64,000 nucleotides of DNA from NCBI GenBank assembly GCA_050253415.1, contig JBFWJC010000004.1, positions 96,001 to 160,000 of the forward strand. Reading direction: 5' to 3'. This document shows, in pieces, positions 53,662 to 62,726 of the stretch. The notes beneath the pieces are model-generated. The model had not been told where the DNA came from. It made no database searches and was given only the letters and a program-made list of their open reading frames with translations. Position numbers and translations under genes: made by a program. The number at the start of each line of letters is the position of its first letter. Within the stretch, counting starts at the first letter, position 1. The DNA is from Pedobacter sp. GTDB taxonomy: Bacteria > Desulfobacterota > Desulfuromonadia > Desulfuromonadales > Syntrophotaleaceae.

Positions 53662-55011
53662 TTACATGGGCATTCCACCCCTCCCCATCAGGTTTTTCAT
53701 CCCTTTGGGTCCAAGCTTTTGCATTTTCTTCATCATCTTTTGAGCTTCGGTAAAACGCTTGATCAGTTGATTGACATCCTGAACAGTGGTGCCGCTCCCC
53801 TTCGCTATACGCATACGTCGCGAGCCGTTGAGAATCTTCTGATCTCGACGTTCCGCCGCGGTCATGGAATTGATGATGGCCTCGATTTTCTTGAACTCTT
53901 TGTCAGGCAGTTGCATATCGCCTACCTGCTTCATAGCTTTACCGGCGCCCGGAATAAGCTTGAGCAGCGACTCCATGGAACCCATTTTCTTGAGAGTCTT
54001 GAGCTGGTCACGAAAAGTCTCAAGAGTAAAGCCCTCTTTGCGCAGCTTTTGTTCCATAGCCTGCGCTTCATCTTTATCGACGGCAGCCTGAGCCTTTTCG
54101 ATAAGGGACAACACATCACCCATACCGAGAATACGCTGGGCCATGCGATCGCCATGAAAGACTTCCAGGGCATCAAGCTTTTCGCCGAGACCAACCAGCT
54201 TGATAGGCTTACCGGTCACCGCCCGAATGGACAGGGCTGCACCCCCACGGGCGTCGCCGTCCAACTTGGTCAGGATGACACCGGTGACATCGAGCTGCTG
54301 ATCAAAACTTTCGGCAACATTAACCGCGTCCTGACCGGTCATGGCATCCGCCACAAACAAGATCTCACGCGGCTGCAGGGCCTGCTTGATGCGCTGCAGT
54401 TCGGCCATTAACGCTTCATCGACATGCAACCGACCTGCCGTATCGAGAATCAGCGTATCGTAACCGTTAAGCTCGGCAAACTCCCTGGCATTAAGACACA
54501 ATTTGACAGGGTCGACATCCGGCTGTGAGTCGAACACCGGTATACCCAATTGCTTGCCGAGGGTCTTGAGCTGCTCGATGGCCGCCGGGCGATAAATATC
54601 TGCCGGCACCAGCAGAGGGTTGCGCTTTTGTCGGCGCAACATCAAGGCCAGCTTGGCACAGGACGTGGTCTTACCCGCTCCCTGCAAGCCACACAGCAAC
54701 ACCGGCACCGGCGGACGGGCAGCAAGGTTGAGGCTATTATCCTCCCCTTCGCCCATGAGCCGTCCCAATTCATCGCGCACAACCTTAATGACCTGCTGCG
54801 CAGGGTTAAGGCTTTTGAGCACGTCCTGCCCGACAGCACGCTCACGGACGCTGGCCACGAAATCTTTGACCACGCGGAAATTGACGTCTGCCTCGAGCAA
54901 CACCAGACGCACTTCCCGCAGGCTTTGCTTAATATTGTCTTCCGTCAACCGCCCTTGGCCGCGCAGTTTTTTGAAGACCGAGTCGAGTTTATCCGTCAAA
55001 TTGTCAAACAT
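53662..55011 (-). CDS. ffh: Signal recognition particle protein
   Basis: LLEADV, GLQGAGKTT, DTAGR, TKLDGDARGGAALS, Met-rich M domain. Confidence 0.98.
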   Translation of the reverse strand: MFDNLTDKLDSVFKKLRGQGRLTEDNIKQSLREVRLVLLEADVNFRVVKDFVASVRERAVGQDVLKSLNPAQQVIKVVRDELGRLMGEGEDNSLNLAARPPVPVLLCGLQGAGKTTSCAKLALMLRRQKRNPLLVPADIYRPAAIEQLKTLGKQLGIPVFDSQPDVDPVKLCLNAREFAELNGYDTLILDTAGRLHVDEALMAELQRIKQALQPREILFVADAMTGQDAVNVAESFDQQLDVTGVILTKLDGDARGGAALSIRAVTGKPIKLVGLGEKLDALEVFHGDRMAQRILGMGDVLSLIEKAQAAVDKDEAQAMEQKLRKEGFTLETFRDQLKTLKKMGSMESLLKLIPGAGKAMKQVGDMQLPDKEFKKIEAIINSMTAAERRDQKILNGSRRMRIAKGSGTTVQDVNQLIKRFTEAQKMMKKMQKLGPKGMKNLMGRGGMPM

Positions 55012-55059
55012 GGTCGATGGCCTGTCCGTGCAGTATAATCAAGGCTAGTGTAAAAGCGA

Positions 55060-55088
55060 ACTATAGGAGACACCCCTACCTTTGTCAA
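55060..55088 (-). promoter_or_regulatory. sigma70 promoter of ffh
   Basis: Minus strand TTGACA-17 nt-TATAGT. Confidence 0.75.
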
Positions 55089-55265
55089 GGGAAAACACCT
55101 ATTGCCCTTTCTCACGAGGAACACCGGCAGATGAGGGTTTCCCTGAACCTAACAGTGGCTATAAAATAAATCCAGGGAGGTTCCTCCGCCGGCGACACGA
55201 CCAGAGGGACGAAAATCAGACAAAAGCTGCCTGAGTCTAGAATGCGTTGCTGCGGTGCAGCGACA

Positions 55266-55295
55266 TTGACACCCGCCCCCAGAGAGAGATAAACT
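55266..55295 (+). promoter_or_regulatory. Putative sigma70 promoter for the DciA gene
   Basis: TTGACA-18 nt-TAAACT. Confidence 0.45.
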
Positions 55296-55393
55296 CTTTG
55301 ACTCGTTACCCGTTCACGCTACCCGGTGTGTCGGCACAGACTCTGCCCTTTCGGCACATAGACCTCACAACCTTTCAACCGAGAGCAACACCC

Positions 55394-55900
55394 ATGAGTT
55401 CTTCCAGATCTCGCATCGACGGCGTTCAGCGCATATTGCAGCAGTGGCTGTCAGCTCGCGGCATGGACACCAAATTCGGCCGTTACCGTGCTTGGCAATT
55501 CTGGGATGAGGCGGTCGGCGCGCAGATCGCCGCCCGCGCCAAGCCTGTTCGTCTGCGCGGATCGGTACTTGAGATCCGTGTCGACCACCCGGTCTGGATG
55601 CAACAGTTGCAACTCCTCAAACCACGCATTGTATCGCGACTCAATGAGTTGCTAGGCGAACCGTTGATCGAAGATTTGTTTTTACGCCATGGGCGAAACA
55701 ACCACACCCCGTCCGACGTTGCACCGGATGCGTTGCCGAACCGCTGGCAAAGCGAACCTCTAAGCGAAGAGGAGCGACTGCATATTGAAGAAACGGTAGC
55801 CAGTCTTCCCGACAGCGAATTGAGGCACCACATTCGTCACCTGATGGAGATGCAACTGCGTCTGGACAAGGCCCGTCAAACTAAAGCCGGAGAAAAATAA
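55394..55900 (+). CDS. dciA: DciA/DUF721 family helicase-loader protein
   Basis: WDEAVGAQIAARAKP...LEIRVDHPVWMQQLQLLK..IVSRLN. Confidence 0.8.
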   Translation: MSSSRSRIDGVQRILQQWLSARGMDTKFGRYRAWQFWDEAVGAQIAARAKPVRLRGSVLEIRVDHPVWMQQLQLLKPRIVSRLNELLGEPLIEDLFLRHGRNNHTPSDVAPDALPNRWQSEPLSEEERLHIEETVASLPDSELRHHIRHLMEMQLRLDKARQTKAGEK

Positions 55901-55909
55901 GCGGTTTTT

Positions 55910-56653
55910 TCAACCTTCCCCATACATGCCAAGAACTTCTTCCGTATAACCGTTTTCCCCATAGATAAACAGTGGAGCTTCCAGCACCATGCCCGGGGCA
56001 CCGCCACGCCGCCCTTCGACAAGTACCAGGCAGGCGGATTCATCATGACGCGAATGAACACAGCGCAGGCGTTTCGGTTCTAAGCCGGCTTGCCGCATAC
56101 CGGCCAACACATCGGTCATACGCTCGGCAAGATGCACCATATAAATACGTCCACCCGTGCCAAGCAGATAAGCCGAACAGGCCAGGAATTCCTCAAGCCC
56201 GCCATGCAGTTCGTGACGCGCCCGCGCCCGTTCGTCCCCCGGAGCGAGCCGTCCGCTTTGCGGCCGCCGATAGGGCGGATTAGCCAGGACCGCCTGGCAC
56301 GATTCGGCGGCTATTACCTCCCGCACACTACGCAAATCCTGATGAAGTATTTCAACACGGTCCTGCAGATCGTTATGCAACACGCTACGCCTTGCACGAT
56401 CGGCCAATTCAGACTGGATTTCGATACCGATAATACGCCCGGCCCGAGTATTACGCGCCAGTATCAGAGGAATCACACCGCTGCCACAACCGAGATCGCA
56501 AACCGTCCCCTCCGACTGAACTTGCGCAAAGGCGCAAAGCAATACCGGGTCGAGAGAAAAGCGGTAACCATCTTTTTTCTGAATGACCCGCAAACCACCA
56601 AGACGCAGATCATCAAGGGTTTCATCGGCATGGATCGGTACGTCAGCCACCAT
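55910..56653 (-). CDS. tRNA1(Val) adenine37-N6 methyltransferase-like protein (YfiC/YabB family)
   Basis: GYRFSLDPVLL, DLGCGSG, EIQ, NPPY, ARHE, EPKRLR.VH. Confidence 0.85.
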   Translation of the reverse strand: MVADVPIHADETLDDLRLGGLRVIQKKDGYRFSLDPVLLCAFAQVQSEGTVCDLGCGSGVIPLILARNTRAGRIIGIEIQSELADRARRSVLHNDLQDRVEILHQDLRSVREVIAAESCQAVLANPPYRRPQSGRLAPGDERARARHELHGGLEEFLACSAYLLGTGGRIYMVHLAERMTDVLAGMRQAGLEPKRLRCVHSRHDESACLVLVEGRRGGAPGMVLEAPLFIYGENGYTEEVLGMYGEG

Positions 56654-57500
56654 AAGAGTGCAAACCCGTCAACAGCAGATTAACGCCGAGGTAGCAGAAC
56701 AGAGTCGCCAGGAATCCACCTATGGCCAGCCAGACGGTAGCCCGCCCTGTCCAACCGCGGGTCAACCTGGCATGCAAAAAAGCTGCATAGATAAACCAGA
56801 CGATCAGACTCCAGGTTTCCTTGGGATCCCAGCTCCAGTAGCGCCCCCAGGCATAGTTGGCCCAGGCCGCTCCGGTAACAATACCAACGGTCCAGATGGG
56901 AAAACCAACCGCTACGGCGCGATAATTAACATCATCCAGAACCTCGCAATCGGGGAAAAGATTTAAAAAACCTCGCCATCTTCCAACACCCCGATCATTC
57001 CCATGCACAGTCTGTTTCAGCAGATACATCACCGATACACAAAAAGACATGGCAAACGCACCATAAGCCAGAAAACAACTGATCACATGGTAGGTCAGCC
57101 ATCGACTGCGCAGTGCCGGCATCAGCGGCTCGATAGCATCACGCCCGGACAGCTGAGCCCAGCCCATGCAAACCAGAACCAGCGGCAGCACAAATACGCC
57201 GAGTACCCTGCGCCGCAGCCTCAGATCAAGCAGTAAAAAGGCGAGCACAATGGCCCAGCCGAAAAACACCACGGACTCGTAGAAATTAGCAAACGGCGCA
57301 TGCCCTACCCCACCCGGCAACTGATAGGATTCGTACCAACGCAGACCAATGCCGGCACCATGACTGATAAACCCAAGCCAGGTAAACCCGACACCAATGC
57401 GCCCCAAAACTTCCCTGTGCAAGGCGGCATAGGTTACCATTAACCAAAATGCTAAAAAATAGGCGCTGGTGGCCCCGCTGAGCAAATTGAAGCTGGTCAT
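56643..57500 (-). CDS. ccsB: Cytochrome c biogenesis system II heme-handling protein (CcsB/ResC, WWD family)
   Basis: WANYAWGRYWSWDPKETW (WWD domain); His in WLTYHV, FLHAR and GLHSYG. Confidence 0.92.
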   Translation of the reverse strand: MTSFNLLSGATSAYFLAFWLMVTYAALHREVLGRIGVGFTWLGFISHGAGIGLRWYESYQLPGGVGHAPFANFYESVVFFGWAIVLAFLLLDLRLRRRVLGVFVLPLVLVCMGWAQLSGRDAIEPLMPALRSRWLTYHVISCFLAYGAFAMSFCVSVMYLLKQTVHGNDRGVGRWRGFLNLFPDCEVLDDVNYRAVAVGFPIWTVGIVTGAAWANYAWGRYWSWDPKETWSLIVWFIYAAFLHARLTRGWTGRATVWLAIGGFLATLFCYLGVNLLLTGLHSYGG

Positions 57501-58873
57501 GGCTGCTCCTTCGATACACCCTGCTGCAGATCACGGCAAAGGTTTTCAAATCGTTGTGCAAAAGCTTCCTGGTGACGGTGGGCGTGACCTGCGAAAAGAA
57601 CACGCGTCGCACCGTTTTCTTCCTGTAATTGAACCCACAGACGCTGATGAGAAAAATAAAAGGCTGCCAATGTCCCGGCCACCAGCAGCAGGCACCCCAA
57701 CCAGACAAGCGGCACACCAGGGTCGCTATTAACCTGCAAGCCGGTATAAAAACGCTGGTCGATAGACAGCAAACGAAACCCGTAAGGGGCATTGCGATCC
57801 CCTGAAATAAGTTCAGGATCGTGGAACGCCATGGCGCGACCACGCTCGCCGTCAGGATAGAATATTTCGAGGCCGGCGACCGGGCCTTGACCATCAAAAT
57901 CGGCAACATACCCTGCAATAGCTACGGAGGTGCCATCAGGCAACGAGGCCGTCTTATCGGAGGACATCACCAGCTCAAAGGAATCGCCACCTGATTGCGG
58001 TGTGACCAAAAAACGAAACAGGTGGGCATCCACCCCGTAATCGGACTGATAAAAGGTCATGCCACGATAATGCAGGGGATGATTGACCCTGACCGGCACC
58101 CGCACCTGACCCGGCACCTCGCGACCATTTTCGAGAATAGTCACAATACTTCGAAATTCGCGCGGCCGGTCACTGCCATCATAATAATCAATGCTGAACT
58201 GGTCACAACGCAGGCTGAAGCCCAGAGGTTTTATGCTTTGCGCTGCGGACAAGATCAGATGATCGACGGACTGCCCTTCAGCAACGGTCACATACCCCCG
58301 AAAACCCCACTTGCCACCAACCACGCCACCGAGCAGAATAATCAAAATGGCCAGGTGCGTGACATACGCACCAAGGCGTGACCAGGCCTGTCGATGAGCA
58401 AACAGCCAAACCACACCATCCTTTTCACTGCGCCGCACAGCGGCAAAACGACTGCGCATAATGTGGGTCAAACTTTGCGCAACAACCTCAACAGACCCGG
58501 ATTCTTGCCAGGTGCAATAATGCGAACGGCTCTGCAATCGGCTAGCGGATGGGGTCAAATCAGGGGTCTTTATCTGCTTCCAGACACCGGGTAAACGATG
58601 CACGGAACAGGCTGTCAGATTGACGGCAAACAACCCCAGCAATCCCAAGAACCACCATGAATGGTACATATCGTGAAGCTGCAGCAATTGAATGATACGC
58701 GCAGCAACCGGGCCGAGACGCTGTTGATATTCGGACAAGGGAAGATTCTGCGGCAGCAAGGTTCCGAGAACCGAACCTCCCGCCAGCAGAAAGAGTGTCA
58801 CAAGGGTTAGCTTGAGGGAACGCAGATAGTTCCACAGGGTCGCATGTAAGAGGGAAAAACATCCTGGATTCAT
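57497..58873 (-). CDS. resB: Cytochrome c biogenesis protein ResB
   Basis: SLKLT, GT.LPQ, MYHSWWF..LL...NL.ACS, YVTHL, VNHPL.Y.G.TFYQSDY, TGLQV..DPGV. Confidence 0.9.
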   Translation of the reverse strand: MNPGCFSLLHATLWNYLRSLKLTLVTLFLLAGGSVLGTLLPQNLPLSEYQQRLGPVAARIIQLLQLHDMYHSWWFLGLLGLFAVNLTACSVHRLPGVWKQIKTPDLTPSASRLQSRSHYCTWQESGSVEVVAQSLTHIMRSRFAAVRRSEKDGVVWLFAHRQAWSRLGAYVTHLAILIILLGGVVGGKWGFRGYVTVAEGQSVDHLILSAAQSIKPLGFSLRCDQFSIDYYDGSDRPREFRSIVTILENGREVPGQVRVPVRVNHPLHYRGMTFYQSDYGVDAHLFRFLVTPQSGGDSFELVMSSDKTASLPDGTSVAIAGYVADFDGQGPVAGLEIFYPDGERGRAMAFHDPELISGDRNAPYGFRLLSIDQRFYTGLQVNSDPGVPLVWLGCLLLVAGTLAAFYFSHQRLWVQLQEENGATRVLFAGHAHRHQEAFAQRFENLCRDLQQGVSKEQP

Positions 58874-58952
58874 GACCGCTCCTGGTGGACGGCGCTGCGC
58901 CACTTATAGATAAGGAAGGCCGGAATGCCCCAAAGACATCCCGGCTAGGGGT

Positions 58953-59471
58953 TCAAAAACCGTCGCGAGCCAAGCGCTGCTGCAAAGCCTCGGCTTTGGC
59001 TTCCACGCCAGCGGCAAGTTCCTGTTTGAAGGCAGCAAGGCTTTCCGTCATCACCGGGTCGTTTCCGGCAATGATCTGCGCCGCAAAGATCCCGGCATTA
59101 CGGGCTCCGGCCTTGCCGATTGCCATCGTTGCCACCGGGATACCGGCGGGCATCTGTACCGTGGCAAGCAATGCATCCAGCCCCTTGAGAGCCGAAGCGT
59201 CGACCGGCACACCGATTACAGGCAGGGTTGATTCTGCTGCCACAACTCCGGCCAGATGGGCGGCGGCGCCGGCACCGACAATCAACACACGCAGGCCGCG
59301 ATCACGGGCACTGCGGGCATACTCGGCGGTTCGGTGCGGAGATCGGTGGGCACTCGACACGGTCATTTCAAAGGGGATATCAAAACGCTGAAGGGCGCGG
59401 GCCGCCTCGACCATAATATCGTAATCACTGTCGCTGCCCATGAGGATACCAACCAGCGGCTTGTCTTTCAT
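58953..59471 (-). CDS. purE: N5-CAIR mutase
   Basis: MGSDSD, SAHRSP, AAHLAG, PVIGVP, VQMPAGIPVAT. Confidence 0.96.
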   Translation of the reverse strand: MKDKPLVGILMGSDSDYDIMVEAARALQRFDIPFEMTVSSAHRSPHRTAEYARSARDRGLRVLIVGAGAAAHLAGVVAAESTLPVIGVPVDASALKGLDALLATVQMPAGIPVATMAIGKAGARNAGIFAAQIIAGNDPVMTESLAAFKQELAAGVEAKAEALQQRLARDGF

Positions 59472-59573
59472 AATAAGGATTCTCCTGATAGCTATTTATA
59501 CAAGTCAGGTAGCCCAAAACCTTTTATCCCAAAAATCCCGGGAATCGCAAAGGCCATTCGGGACTTAAGTTGT

Positions 59574-60845
59574 CTATCGATTCAGTGCCTTACGCCCGAT
59601 ATCGCTGCGATAGTGCACATCCTGCCAATGAATGGCCTTGACCCCCTGATAGGCACGGTCGATAGCTTCCGCAACGGTACTGCCAAGACCGGTAACGCCC
59701 AGGACGCGCCCGCCGGCGGTCACAATCTTGTCATTTTGCATGGTGGTACCGGCATGGAACACCACCACATCCTCAATACCGGCTGCGGCATCAAGGCCTT
59801 CGATAACCTGCCCTTTGGCATAATCGCCCGGATACCCGCCGGCAGCCATGACCACGCACACCGCAGCCTTGTCATGCCACTCCAATTCGATACCGGACAA
59901 ATCGCCGCGGGCGCAAGCCAGCAAAACCGGCACCAGGTCGGACTTGAGCCGCGCCAGCAACGGCTGGGTTTCGGGATCGCCGAACCGTGCGTTGAATTCC
60001 AGCACCTTGAGTTCGCCGTCCTTAACCATGACTCCGGCATACAGGATGCTGCTGTACAAACGTCCTTCGGCAGCCATGCCGGCGATGGTCGGCTTGAGCA
60101 CCTGCTCAATGATTTTATCGTGGATAGCCTGCGTTACCACCGGTGCGGGAGAATAGGCTCCCATACCACCGGTATTGGGACCGGTATCTCCGTCGTAAGC
60201 CGCTTTGTGGTCCTGGGACGAGGCCAGCGGCACAATGCGCTCGCCATCGGTAAAGGCCAGAAAGGAAGCCTCTTCCCCTTCGAGAAATTCCTCGATGACC
60301 ACGCGTGCACCGGCACTGCCAAACGCGCCATCGCAAAGGATCGATCCCACCGCAGCAACCGCTTCTTCAACGGTTGCCGCAAGAATCACCCCTTTACCGG
60401 CGGCCAGCCCATCGGCCTTGACCACGATAGGTGCGCCATGCTGCTCAATAAAAGCCACAGCCTCATCACGATCGGTAAAAGTCCCGTAAGACGCCGTCGG
60501 CACCCCGTACTTGGCCATCAGGTCTTTGGAAAAGCTCTTGCTGCCTTCGATCAGGGCCGCCGCACGTGTCGCGCCGAACACCGTCAGACCGGCCTCGCGA
60601 AAACGATCCACCAATCCCAAGGTCAAGGGCAGTTCTGGACCGACAACGGTAAGATCAATCTTCTGCTGTTGAGCGAAATCAAGCAATCCGTCAACATCAT
60701 CGACCTTAAGGGCAACACACTTCGCAAGGCTGGCGATACCGGCATTACCAGGCGCACAAAAAACCTCCCTCACCAAAGGAGACTGAGCGATCTTCCATAC
60801 CAGTGCGTGCTCGCGCCCACCGCTGCCGATTACGAGAACTTTCAT
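59574..60845 (-). CDS. purD: Phosphoribosylamine--glycine ligase
   Basis: GSGGREHAL, VVGPE, KADGLAAGKGV, GPNTGGMGAY, EFNARFGDPE. Confidence 0.97.
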   Translation of the reverse strand: MKVLVIGSGGREHALVWKIAQSPLVREVFCAPGNAGIASLAKCVALKVDDVDGLLDFAQQQKIDLTVVGPELPLTLGLVDRFREAGLTVFGATRAAALIEGSKSFSKDLMAKYGVPTASYGTFTDRDEAVAFIEQHGAPIVVKADGLAAGKGVILAATVEEAVAAVGSILCDGAFGSAGARVVIEEFLEGEEASFLAFTDGERIVPLASSQDHKAAYDGDTGPNTGGMGAYSPAPVVTQAIHDKIIEQVLKPTIAGMAAEGRLYSSILYAGVMVKDGELKVLEFNARFGDPETQPLLARLKSDLVPVLLACARGDLSGIELEWHDKAAVCVVMAAGGYPGDYAKGQVIEGLDAAAGIEDVVVFHAGTTMQNDKIVTAGGRVLGVTGLGSTVAEAIDRAYQGVKAIHWQDVHYRSDIGRKALNR

Positions 60846-60910
60846 TGTTTATTTAGCCTTTCTTTAAAATCCAAAACTGCTTCCGATGCATAAACCCAGC
60901 GGAAAAACAG

Positions 60911-61040
60911 GTGTTAAGTGATTGGTAATTAGTGACAAGTGAATAGTAACCCCGAAAACATTCTTGTCACTTGTCACTTGTCACTTGTCACTTGTCACTT
61001 GTCACTTGTCACTTGTCACTTGTCACTTGTCACTTGTCAC
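60911..61040. repeat. Heptamer tandem repeat (TTGTCAC)11 with a degenerate inverted partner arm
   Basis: 11 perfect TTGTCAC units at 60964-61040; 7-nt-period GTGTTAA GTGATTG GTAATTA GTGACAA GTGAATA GTAA at 60911-60949. Confidence 0.92.
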
Positions 61041-61045
61041 GGCTC

Positions 61046-62611
61046 TTAGTGCCGGAAATGCCGCATGCCGGTAAAGACCATGGCGATACCGTGTTCGTCG
61101 GCAGCAGCGATAACTTCTTCGTCACGAATCGAACCGCCCGGCTGGATTACAGCCTTGATTCCGGCCTTGGCGGCATTGTCCAGGCCGTCGCGGAACGGGA
61201 AGAAAGCATCCGACGCCATCACCGAACCGGGTACCACCAGTCCCGCCAGATCGGCCTTGATAGCAGCGATACGAGCGGAATTGACACGACTCATCTGACC
61301 AGCGCCGACGCCAATGGTCATGCCGTCCTTACCGTACACGATGGCGTTGGACTTGACGAACTTGGCTACGCGCCAGGTGAACAGCAGATCCCGCATTTCA
61401 TCCTCGGTCGGGATGCGCTTGGTCACGGTTTTAATATCGCCGCTCAGCAGCAGGTCGGCGTCCTGCACCAACAGGCCACCATTGACCCGCTTGAAATCGT
61501 AGCGATTACCCGGCTGCTGCGGCCAGTAACCGCATACCAGCAAGCGCACGTTTTTCTTGGCAGCGATAATTTCGATAGCTTCGGTGGATACCGCCGGAGC
61601 GATGATCACCTCAACGAACTGGCGATCAACGATGGCTTGGGCGGTGGCGCCATCCAGATCCTGGTTAAAAGCGATGATGCCGCCAAAAGCGGATTCCGGA
61701 TCGGTGGAAAAGGCACGGTTATAAGCATCCAGCAGGGTGTTGCCAAGCGCGACGCCGCAAGGGTTGGCGTGTTTGACGATGACACACGCCGGTCCTTCAT
61801 CGAATTGCTTGACGCATTCCAGAGCGGCATCGGTATCGGCGATATTGTTATAGGAAAGCTCCTTGCCCTGCAACTGGCGAGCAGTGGAAATACTGGCTTC
61901 CTGTACGTCTCGCTCGACGTAAAAAGCGGCCTTCTGGTGGGGATTCTCGCCATAACGCATATCCTGCACTTTTTTGTACTGCAGGGTCAGGGTGTCCGAA
62001 AAATCTTCCAGCTCATCTCCGATGCGCTGTCCCAGCCAGTTAGAGATGGCACCGTCGTAAGCGGCGGTGTGCTGATAAACCTTAACGGCCAGTTTAAAGT
62101 TGGTACCCCGCGAAACAGCCCCACAGCTGCCTTTCATCTCGCCCAACACCTGGGCATAGTCGGCATGATCGACGACAACCGTAACGTCCCGGTTGTTCTT
62201 GGCCGCGCTGCGCAGCATGGTCGGTCCGCCAATGTCGATATTTTCGATAGCATCCTCGAGGCTGCAATCGGGTTTGGCAACCGTTGCTTCGAAGGGGTAG
62301 AGATTCACCACCACCATATCGATCGGTTCGATGCCGTGTTCCTTCATCTTGGCCACATGTGCCGGATTCTCACGCATACCGAGCAGGCCGCCGTGCACCT
62401 TGGGATGCAGGGTCTTTACCCGACCATCGAGCATCTCGGGAAAACCGGTGTATTCCGAAACATCCTTAACGGTGAGGCCTTCCTGCCGCAACAAAGAGGC
62501 GGTCCCCCCCGTCGAAAGGATTTCAACTCCAAAACCCGACAGTTCCCTGGCGAATTCGACAATACCGGTTTTATCCGAAACACTGATCAATGCACGTTTG
62601 ATGACGGCCAT
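61046..62611 (-). CDS. purH: Bifunctional AICAR transformylase/IMP cyclohydrolase
   Basis: [52 protein letters not shown]. Confidence 0.97.
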   Translation of the reverse strand: MAVIKRALISVSDKTGIVEFARELSGFGVEILSTGGTASLLRQEGLTVKDVSEYTGFPEMLDGRVKTLHPKVHGGLLGMRENPAHVAKMKEHGIEPIDMVVVNLYPFEATVAKPDCSLEDAIENIDIGGPTMLRSAAKNNRDVTVVVDHADYAQVLGEMKGSCGAVSRGTNFKLAVKVYQHTAAYDGAISNWLGQRIGDELEDFSDTLTLQYKKVQDMRYGENPHQKAAFYVERDVQEASISTARQLQGKELSYNNIADTDAALECVKQFDEGPACVIVKHANPCGVALGNTLLDAYNRAFSTDPESAFGGIIAFNQDLDGATAQAIVDRQFVEVIIAPAVSTEAIEIIAAKKNVRLLVCGYWPQQPGNRYDFKRVNGGLLVQDADLLLSGDIKTVTKRIPTEDEMRDLLFTWRVAKFVKSNAIVYGKDGMTIGVGAGQMSRVNSARIAAIKADLAGLVVPGSVMASDAFFPFRDGLDNAAKAGIKAVIQPGGSIRDEEVIAAADEHGIAMVFTGMRHFRH

Positions 62612-62692
62612 GATGCAATCCTTTCCTACTTTAAATACGAATACAGACGCCATTTCGGGCCAAAAAGCCGGATTCGCGTCAACCTTTAGGGC

Positions 62693-62726
62693 AAAAAAAC
62701 AAAAAAACCGTCATCTCGGCGGTTTT
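62693..62726 (-). terminator. Intrinsic terminator after the ASKHA gene
   Basis: AAAACCGcC...GaCGGTTTT stem plus long T tract on the minus strand, immediately after the stop codon. Confidence 0.65.

Noticed and set aside
55090..55390. SRP RNA or 6S RNA near ffh
   Set aside because: No SRP domain-IV motif, and the hairpin is too short for 6S RNA.
59256..60893. 545-aa plus-strand ORF and other long antisense ORFs (e.g. 24933-26261, 62331-63611)
   Set aside because: Shadows of well-supported genes on the opposite strand, as expected with high GC3; no recognisable motifs.
60971..62689. 572-aa plus-strand ORF starting with SLVTCHL repeats
   Set aside because: Antisense shadow of purH; the N-terminus is just the translated heptamer repeat and there is no RBS.
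62612..62726. ZMP/ZTP riboswitch upstream of purH
   Set aside because: No recognisable conserved ZTP-riboswitch motifs; the space is mostly the upstream gene's terminator.
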